Shown here one piece after another: positions 22,502-30,652 of a stretch of 64,000 nucleotides of DNA (the stretch's first letter is position 1; every line of letters begins with the position of its first letter). A model generated the notes under the pieces. It saw only the letters and a program-made list of their open reading frames with translations. It did no database searches and was not told the origin of the DNA. Position numbers and translations under genes: made by a program. The stretch comes from Mayamaea pseudoterrestris (Eukaryota): NCBI GenBank assembly GCA_027923505.1, contig BROI01000016.1, positions 558,001 to 622,000 of the forward strand, in the 5' to 3' direction.

Positions 22502-23819
22502 TTGTGGTAGGATATATCCGAACATGCTTCACGACATTAATTGAGGCGCTGCCACTGCGACTGCATGACGTTTCGTTTGTGGCGCATGCAATGACCCTCA
22601 CAATGACCGTGTTAGCTAATCCCAAAACACATTGCCTTACTTTACTGTTAGGAGTATGTGCTCAAAGAGTTATACACTCAATTACTGCTATATCTTGCCT
22701 CTCCTTGTCTTCTATATAGACAGAATTGTTGGCATCAAGCCATCAAATAGGGTTGCTTTGAAAACCAGTGTCAATTTGACTGTATCTACTACTTAGCAGT
22801 GTTTGTGCGCGCGGAGCGCGCAAAAGTCTTGCAAGCGTTGTGAAACCATTGATCCTACCACCTCCCCGCCCCGCGAATGTGTTTGTGGTAGGATACATCC
22901 GAACATGCTTCACGACATTAATTGGTGCGCTGCCACTGCGACAGATATGACGTCAAGCTTTCGGCGCATGGGCAACGACCCTTCGCAATGACCCCGTTAG
23001 CTATCCCAAGTAACATTGCTTTACTTTAAGAGTAGGCTCTCAAAAGAGCCATTGATTACTGTTCAATCTATGCAATCTCTAGTCTTTTCTTTTGTTCCAT
23101 AAAGACAAGATTGTTGGCATCTACCCATCTAGATTCTGGCTACAAATAAGCAAATTGATATGAGGCCAGTATTAATTTTACTTTTGTCTGCGGTTTGGCA
23201 GTGTATGCGCGCGCGAAGCGCGCGAAAGCCACTGCTCCCTAAAAAGCATTGATCCTACCACCTCCCCGCTCCGCGAATGTGTTTGTGGTAGGATATATCC
23301 GAACATGCTTCACGACATTAATTGAGGCGCTGCCGTTGCGACTCGATGACGTTTGCACTCGATGACTCTCAAAATGACCGTGTCGTTCTGCGACATCGCC
23401 TACCTTTTACAGTTGAACGAAGCTTTGTAAAGAATCGAGTCAATACTACGTGTCCTTTTATTGAATTTGTAGATATTTCCTTACTCGTATTGAATTTGTA
23501 GATATTTCCTTACTCAACCAATGCAGTAACATTTCCACAGCTTAGGTTGATGGTAACTGGCTATGAAGGACATTGAACTGCTCTGTAGTGTGGCCATTGC
23601 CTAGCAGTTGTATTAGCGCGCGCGAAGCGCGCGAAAGCCTTTGGACCCTTCATCTGTCCACTTCATCCATGCAGCAAAAGATTATAGCTTTTTATAATAC
23701 ATCTCATGTACCACCTGCAACGCAAGAGGCATCCCGACTAGTTGTGCGCAAAACGCGCGAAAGCCATTGTTCCAAGTTAAACCGTTGATCCTACCACCTC
23801 CCCGCTCCGCGAATGTGTT
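22502..23819. repeat. Head-to-tail array of three diverged non-coding units (22502-22882, 22883-23282, 23283-23819) with conserved termini
   Basis: Each starts ttgtggtaggataYatccgaacatgcttcacgacattaattg and ends ttgatcctaccacctccccgcYccgcgaatgtgt; interiors diverged; GC hairpin near each right end. Confidence 0.95.
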
Positions 23820-23854
23820 ACTATGAGTCATTCAGAGAATAATAACTGCATTAC

Positions 23855-26395
23855 TATGGTGCAGACCCTCGACCCGGTACTGAACACGTTTTGGACTTAG
23901 TTGGTCCATGCGCGCCGGCCAATGGCCTCAACGCCGATGTTTCGCCAGAGTTTCTCCGACGACCGGTGATGGCTCCTCCGTAGAAACTCTACCACGGATC
24001 TACTTTTCTACAGAAACTCGCCTGCCGCAACTTCAACTCTGCTTTCTCGACGGACGCTTGCGAGATCAACCATGGACGACAAGTAACAAATAAAGGCAAC
24101 TACTAGCATTATCAACGGCCACATTCACCAACGCCTTTGCAGCATGACTCACTAAACTTGATTGCAAATGTCCTTTCCCATCTACCGACGAACGCGTCTC
24201 TATCCTCGCCGCAATGTTTTTTGAAACAACGCGCGACGGGCGCCAACGTTCGAGCAAAATATTTCTTTTCCTTCGCATCAAGAACAATTCTTTCGACGCC
24301 ACCAATCGCCTCGACTCTATCATGCAGCTCCAGCAAGGCGTCAAGTTTCTGAGGAAGTGACTTCAACTGAGCAATCGTCTCTCGCCCCGCAAAGAAATTT
24401 GTTGGCGGCGTCGCATTCTTTGCGCGTTTGCTTGACGACGACGACGACGGTGGCGTAACTGCTGCAACCTTCTCTGCCTCAATCAACTGCTGCTGCTTAT
24501 AAATTGATTCGACGTGCCTTTTGTATCGCAAGCAAATGGTTTTGCAAGGATTACGAAGCTCCACTGGAACAGTCATGAGCCATTGCTCGAGGCAATCTCC
24601 TTCGACAGTCGACCACTGAAACTGCTGCGCCTCAATTACCAATGAGCGAACGTTGCGCGCCACGCCATGCGGCACTTTTAGTTGCAACACAAACTCGTCG
24701 GCGAGCTGGGCGAGTGATTTACCGGCATGCTCTTGGGGACTTGGTTGCGCGCCACCATTGTGAACGCCTCTGTATGCCTTGGCAAGCTCGTTTCCTGGGC
24801 TTGGATTGATTTCATTGGATGAAACAAGTGTATTGGCGTTCCCCAAATACAAGACGGCTTCTTCATGGCGCATGTGGCGAGCGTCGTATTGGCATATTCG
24901 CAAGTCCGCCTTTTGAAACGCCGCTTTCAAGTAAGCACCTTTGCGGAACGAGTGCATACCGAATCCCTTGCCTGTCTCAGGACCAAATAATTCAATAAAG
25001 CGCTCTTTTAAATACTTGAATATCGTTCCGTAGTCGAGTCGTTTAGTGCCTCTGTAGTCTCCGTCGTCGCGCCTCGTGTTTGCCCCGAGCGACCTGAGCG
25101 ACTGAAACAACCAACCTTTCTTAAGGCCAAGCAAATGCACCAACAGCAGCAGATGGCGGACTGGGCAGATGTCCGGATACTCATGGTCCGCCCAAAGATG
25201 AAAGTACTGTCCACGCGAGTCGGTCTTTCCGCGTATCTTGAGGCAGACACCGTTGATTCGTCCGTTTGCTTCGACGTGGAAGGACGACGCCTCAAAACTC
25301 TCCATTGATATCGTCAGCAACTCGTCGTCTGCTCTCAAATACAAGTTGATTGCAATCAGAACGGCAACCCAAACGCTCAAACCAACAAGTCCTTCGTAGA
25401 CAAGCAACGCGCCAAGTTTGCGAAGCTGCCATGGTGCAATGGCACAGGATCCGTGTACCTCGTAGTCCTTGTCGAGCAACTGTTTTTTTCCGTTGGCGAA
25501 TTTGAAACAATGTGTCGGCTGTCCAATACGTTTGATCTGACGGTTGCCAAAGTGTTCATTACATCCATGGCTATTTTGGTCGACGCGGAAAAGATTCAAA
25601 CAATCAACACACTTTTCCTTGAAAGAATCCTGCGCCTCGTATCCAATGGACATATGGAGCCATACAATGGCTGAGGCGAAGGCCTTCATGCTATGGTTAC
25701 TCTTCCATCCACCATTGCAACGAATTGGTTCATTGAAGTTAGCGTCACGGAGAAGCATCTCATCGTCGTCACGCAAAAAGGTGTTTGTGTCGAGTTTCTT
25801 CCAACGCAGAAACAACACCAGCGACTCAACCTTCATGGAAGGAACCTTGCCAAGACCAATAGGCCTCGGCAGAAGGAGAACAAGCATTGATTCCCAGTCT
25901 CCAATCATTGCGAGAAACCGCCAAAGCATCGAATAGTAAGAGAGGTAAGAAGTGATCTGAGTCTTCTCGGCCAAGACTGGTCCGTTGGTGTAGTGCCATA
26001 CATTACAGCGGAAGCGAAACGGAGGAGGCGACAGAGTGAATCCATTATGTGCCGCAGAAAGAACAAGCTCATTGTCAAGCTTGCTCTGCAGATCAGGGTG
26101 CAGAACGCACCATCCGCCGATTGAAGCCATTGTTTTGTTAATGGCAATTGAAAGTCAAGGAGCCGCCATCGACACATTCTTTCATCGGCGAAATGTGAGG
26201 AGTACATGCTGTTTCGTGGCGCATTGGGAGCCTATTGCTGAGCGAGCCAATGCACTCCCGAGCCAGGCGAGCATTTCGAGGGTCGCGGGGTGAAGTTCAC
26301 CACGATACATCGCGGTGCGGACCTCACCTCACGTGCTCTACTTAACCCTCCAGTGCACGGTGATTAAATATCGTTGTACTCTAGCGTTATTATGG
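23855..26395 (-). mobile_element. Crypton-type (CryptonS-like) tyrosine-recombinase DNA transposon; may extend left to 22502 to include the array
   Basis: Single YR ORF with no RT or gag; TATGG direct repeats at 23855 and 26391 (ttactatgg / ttattatgg), matching the terminus I recall for stramenopile CryptonS. Confidence 0.7.
24112..26130 (-). CDS. Tyrosine recombinase (672 aa, intronless, catalytic residues intact)
   Basis: R (LYLRADD), K (RGKTD), HxxR (MHSFRKG), H (DARH), Y (AVLYLG); CPVR box; CxxC..CxxH insertion; Cys-rich C-terminal domain. Confidence 0.9.
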   Translation of the reverse strand: MASIGGWCVLHPDLQSKLDNELVLSAAHNGFTLSPPPFRFRCNVWHYTNGPVLAEKTQITSYLSYYSMLWRFLAMIGDWESMLVLLLPRPIGLGKVPSMKVESLVLFLRWKKLDTNTFLRDDDEMLLRDANFNEPIRCNGGWKSNHSMKAFASAIVWLHMSIGYEAQDSFKEKCVDCLNLFRVDQNSHGCNEHFGNRQIKRIGQPTHCFKFANGKKQLLDKDYEVHGSCAIAPWQLRKLGALLVYEGLVGLSVWVAVLIAINLYLRADDELLTISMESFEASSFHVEANGRINGVCLKIRGKTDSRGQYFHLWADHEYPDICPVRHLLLLVHLLGLKKGWLFQSLRSLGANTRRDDGDYRGTKRLDYGTIFKYLKERFIELFGPETGKGFGMHSFRKGAYLKAAFQKADLRICQYDARHMRHEEAVLYLGNANTLVSSNEINPSPGNELAKAYRGVHNGGAQPSPQEHAGKSLAQLADEFVLQLKVPHGVARNVRSLVIEAQQFQWSTVEGDCLEQWLMTVPVELRNPCKTICLRYKRHVESIYKQQQLIEAEKVAAVTPPSSSSSSKRAKNATPPTNFFAGRETIAQLKSLPQKLDALLELHDRVEAIGGVERIVLDAKEKKYFARTLAPVARCFKKHCGEDRDAFVGRWERTFAIKFSESCCKGVGECGR

Positions 26396-26612
26396 CGAAA
26401 GGATTGGCATCACATCATCAGCACGAACGAAATAATGATGATGAGCCCCGCTGCGACATGAGCAATGTCACGCACCGGGAACGTAGCACTTAAGATTAAA
26501 GCTAAAATAGAAAGTTTGGAAAGGTGAGATCAGAGGCGACATTTCCATAGCATAATGGGTACAATGCTCACAAAATCCAAGCTGCGCACCGCTAAAAAGG
26601 CAAGCCAACATT

Positions 26613-27302
26613 ATGAACTTGATCGAAACTCTCAAGATATTCCTTGTCGGCATTGCGGGCGTTCAGGCGACCCAGGATTGGACGCAGAGCATTCTTGCTG
26701 CGTCTGGCTCGGCCAAGGAACATGGCCTCGGGTCATTCTTCCGCCAATCCAAGGTAAAGAAGAATGCAGGCTTCGCATTCTCCCTTCCACATATCATGTC
26801 GATGGTTCAGTTCAATGCTTCAAAGGAGGAGGTCGTCATTCAAGTCCAACCGGGGACGACCCGCACCACCACCACGACGGGACCTTTTGCTGATGCCGAT
26901 CAGACGACAATGAATCCATTGACACTCCTTCGCATCGTTGACGAGGAAGCAACGAACCCCGTTGAAGCTGGCAACGGTGCGTCCTATGCCGTCAGTGACG
27001 ATGTGGGGACGACAAAGCTCCTCGAAGCCGGCAATGCTGCCATTTCGTTTCCTACCGCCACTGCTGCTGTTCTTGTTACGGCTGCTGATGCTGCTGCTTC
27101 TTCTTCTACTATTGTTCCTGACGATACAATGACCATGGATACTGCCGCCACTGACGCATCCAAGGATCAAGTCCTAGACTCGCCGGCAGCGCCGCCGTCG
27201 TTGGTACTGGGTAAGCGCAAGCCCATGTGGGGCATTGGCGTCAAGTTCAATGTTGCCTTTGGGCTAGCTCTTCACATGAAGACCGAACAAGACGTGCAGT
27301 AG
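26613..27302 (+). CDS. Small uncharacterised protein (MNLIETLK family)
   Basis: 229-aa ORF; paralogue of 19342-19875 with similar upstream motifs (ttggaaaggt, ctcacaaaa..caagYtgcgcac). Confidence 0.7.
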   Translation: MNLIETLKIFLVGIAGVQATQDWTQSILAASGSAKEHGLGSFFRQSKVKKNAGFAFSLPHIMSMVQFNASKEEVVIQVQPGTTRTTTTTGPFADADQTTMNPLTLLRIVDEEATNPVEAGNGASYAVSDDVGTTKLLEAGNAAISFPTATAAVLVTAADAAASSSTIVPDDTMTMDTAATDASKDQVLDSPAAPPSLVLGKRKPMWGIGVKFNVAFGLALHMKTEQDVQ

Positions 27303-27972
27303 TTGTAAAACATATCTATCGATAGCAATAGAAATATGCATGTAGTAGAAGTAACTAAGTTGCCTTTGTGGGAAAAGCTATCGCTAGCCTGTGCGTTCGC
27401 TTAACTAACCGAAAGGATGTGAAGCTAATCCATCTTACTTTAAAAAAAGTGATAGACAGTTATGCCTCCACTGCAGCAGTCATGAGGCACACTACACGTA
27501 ACGAAATTTGGTCGTCACATCGCGGGTAGTTTAGCTACTGGTAGTCGTCGTTTAAAGTTTGAACTAAGCTCACGGCAATGGAGGCACGCGCACTTTCCGC
27601 AAAAACCATGCTTACTTTAATGAGTAAGCTTTAGCTTGGACATGAAGCGAGGCGCAAACGTGCCGGTCCGAGATGGGCTCGTCAATCTCGCCAAACGCCA
27701 AAGCATATCCAACGACTAACCGGCAAGGCAAACACATACTTAAAACCGTTTCGTAGACAATCAAAGCGGGCAAAAACTATCTACATTGCGGCAACGAGAC
27801 GAACCTGCTGTGCTCCTGCTGCAATCGCCAAATGTTCCATGGATCATGCCGTTCTCGTCTCCACAGTCAACTCTGCACAGTGCAAGTCATGAAGATCTTG
27901 CTCATTTCTCGCTTTGAAACAAGCTTACCAAAAAAAGATTTTCGCAACGGATATGCGCACCCCGTGTTGATT

Positions 27973-30338
27973 CTACATTCTCACGGGCATTCCATTCCGC
28001 CATTGACCTTCATGGCGCAAAGTACCATCCGGATGAACCTCCTTGCCGTAACCATCCATCTCGCCGTGCAACCAGTTGCCCTCGTACCAGCCGCCGTCGC
28101 TCCACAACATCTTGCCGTTGCCTGAGAATTCGTTTTTTGAAAATTCGCCTTCGTAAACACTATGGTCCATAAATTCGCAACGTCCCTTCCCGTGTCTCAT
28201 TCCATTGACCCAGCTACCAGTGTATGTTGATCCATCCTGGTAAGTCATTTTACCTTCAATCATTTGGCTCTTTATGTACTCGCCTACAAAGACGCGACCA
28301 TAGGCAAACTCCATGATACCACGACCGTGCTTGTGACCATTCTTGAACTCGCCTTCGTAATAATCACCTTCACCGTTTGACAATTTACCATGACCAGTCC
28401 AACTTCCATGCTGCCAGTTGCCTGCTCAAATTGGGAAACATTGAAAAGAGTGAGCAAAATGCAACATGGTTACTTACTAGCACACATGATGAGGCCTTGG
28501 TATTCAACCTCACCTTCATACCAGCGACCAGCACGGTCATACTCAAGCCGCCCATAACCATGAGGCAAGTTCGTTGCTGAACTAATTGGCCCTGTATATG
28601 TCCCTTGTTCCCCGTATGGGTCGGTAATAACAAATGCTTGAACCGGATACGTCCCCGTGTCGGCCAAGCTGGAATGATCCGTACCATGCTCTCCCTTGTT
28701 GATATCGCTCTTGCCGTCACAAGGGACAGATGATTCGCTAGTTGACCCAGTCGATTTTCCTTCATTGCGGGAGAGATGAGCAACAGCAAAGGCTTCCAAA
28801 TCAGACCTTAGCTGCAAATTAGCCGCCATCAGTGCGCGTAAGGCGGCATCATGGCTGTTGCTCCATTTTGTATCTACTTTAAGTTCGCAGTCATGAAGCG
28901 ATGATCGCCCTGCCCGAGATGAGTCGTCCGCAAGTGACTCCGCCAAGGATACGCTTGTGTCGCTACGTTTGTATCTCCGACTTGTTTCACTATCATAGCT
29001 ATACCTGGATCGTTGCGACCCTCGTGAAGAATCGTCAGCAAGCGATGCGCTTGAAGCGCTACGTTTGTATTCCACACTTGTTTCACTCTCGTAGTCTAAA
29101 CCTTCAACGCCAGATCTAGAGTGATACGATCCTCGAGCTGAATTGTCTTCAAGCGATATATGCTGTGGAATAAGATCAAGACCAGGATCTTCAACGATCC
29201 ACTCCTTCAACGTTTGCTTTGTTTTCAAAAGATATGACTGTCCACGAGGTGGAAGGAAATTTTCCAGCTTCCAATTTGTAAGCTTGGCTTGAGGACTCTT
29301 CTCATAGATCTGTATTTTAGAAGCAATGCCTAGCACGTAGGGCTGGCGCCGAGGATCAATGTTTGAAATCGACTTCCCGTCCATACGCGCCGTCAGCTTC
29401 ACAGCCCACTCGTCAACTTGCGCGAATTTTGCCTTCGCTTTCGCGCCGTCGCTCTTCCACTGCCCGTGAATTAACTCGTATCTGTCGTCGTTGTCCAGCA
29501 GCGCATAACCAGCAGCAATAGCCTTGCCAAACTTTGTGCCATCGACGGGTGTAATACCTTCAATCCGGATTGACTCGATTGCTGCTCCTTTTCGGCCAAC
29601 CAAGTCAAATTTCCCGGCCTCAAACAGCTCAAAGAGCGCCTCGCTCACGGGCATCTTGTAGCATCGTCCCTGGACCTTTACTTTATCGTCCTGAACATGT
29701 TTCATCTTTTGTTTATATTGCGAGCGGGTCGTCTCGTGGAACAGTTGTTCCAAATTTATATCCACAGCTACTGACAGGCTTGTCTTGGCCACTGCGAACG
29801 AATTTGATGCATTATGGTGAGAAGCGACTTGATTATTTTCATTCTGTGCTGAAGATATACCATCGGGCTGCTGTTGATTGCCAATGGCGTATTCCGTCTC
29901 CGTGGCGTTCGCCTCAGCGTCGGACGGTTCCGGTGATCGACTAAAAAAAAGATCGGTCAGTGAATGGATCGACGAGGATTTGGAGCCATCCGAGCTACCA
30001 GAGCCGCCCTTGCTCAAAAATTGAGTCCAAGGATCAGGTGACGACGATTGTGCTTCTTTCTCGGAAACGGACAATCCATCGATGTTCGCTGTAACATTTT
30101 CCAAAATAGGCGTATGAATCGATGATGGCAGGCTTGAGTCCTGCCGATTGCAAGTTGAACTATTAGGTAATGGATCATCCCATTCTTGAGAAACTACCTC
30201 TCCTTCTGGCGACGCTTTGTGATCATCAAGGTACGACAGAAAACTGTCGTTCGAGAGAGAGAGAGCCGGAGAACTTGCGTTCGGCCTGTTCGCCCCTTCT
30301 GATTCTGATAATGCAGATGATTCCTTTTTGGTTGACAT
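27973..30338 (-). CDS. MORN-repeat protein, two exons (intron 28422-28513)
   Basis: Removing the GT..CAG intron joins WYEG to NWQHGSWTGHGKLSNGEGDYYEG; MORN repeats; LLDNDDRYELIHGQW domain. Confidence 0.85.
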
Positions 30339-30652
30339 TCTCGAGCAGCACCAATCTTCACGGCTATTCTTATGAGCGGCTATATGCAATGGAAAGGTCG
30401 AAAGGATCGGCAGAAAAGTGCCGACGGCATGATTGTCAAGGTGTCGCGATCATCGTTTCGTCAGGTGTGCATCGTACCGGTTTTGAATGACGTCATCATG
30501 ACGCCGCCCATCAATCAATCCAATTCTGCACGAATGAAGCGCGGCATGCTCGTTTATCCGATCCACCTTCTGCCGCAAAGAGCGATCACAATTTGCAAGA
30601 GGTCCGTCTTCTACCCTCGCAGTTGGCGGTAGATATATATATGTTATATATC

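Noticed and set aside
22502..23819. CRISPR array
   Set aside because: Conserved block is ~90 bp, intervening segments are 290-450 bp and partly homologous to each other, no cas genes, eukaryotic context.
22502..23819. Simple satellite or protein-coding cassettes
   Set aside because: Conservation is concentrated at ends and hairpins, lengths vary, and the short ORFs are not conserved between units. A non-autonomous Helitron2/Helentron-like origin (asymmetric inverted repeats, tandem copies) is not excluded, but no Rep/helicase is present in the window.
23855..26395. DIRS/Ngaro retrotransposon or prophage integrase
   Set aside because: No RT, RNase H, gag, long terminal repeats or phage genes.
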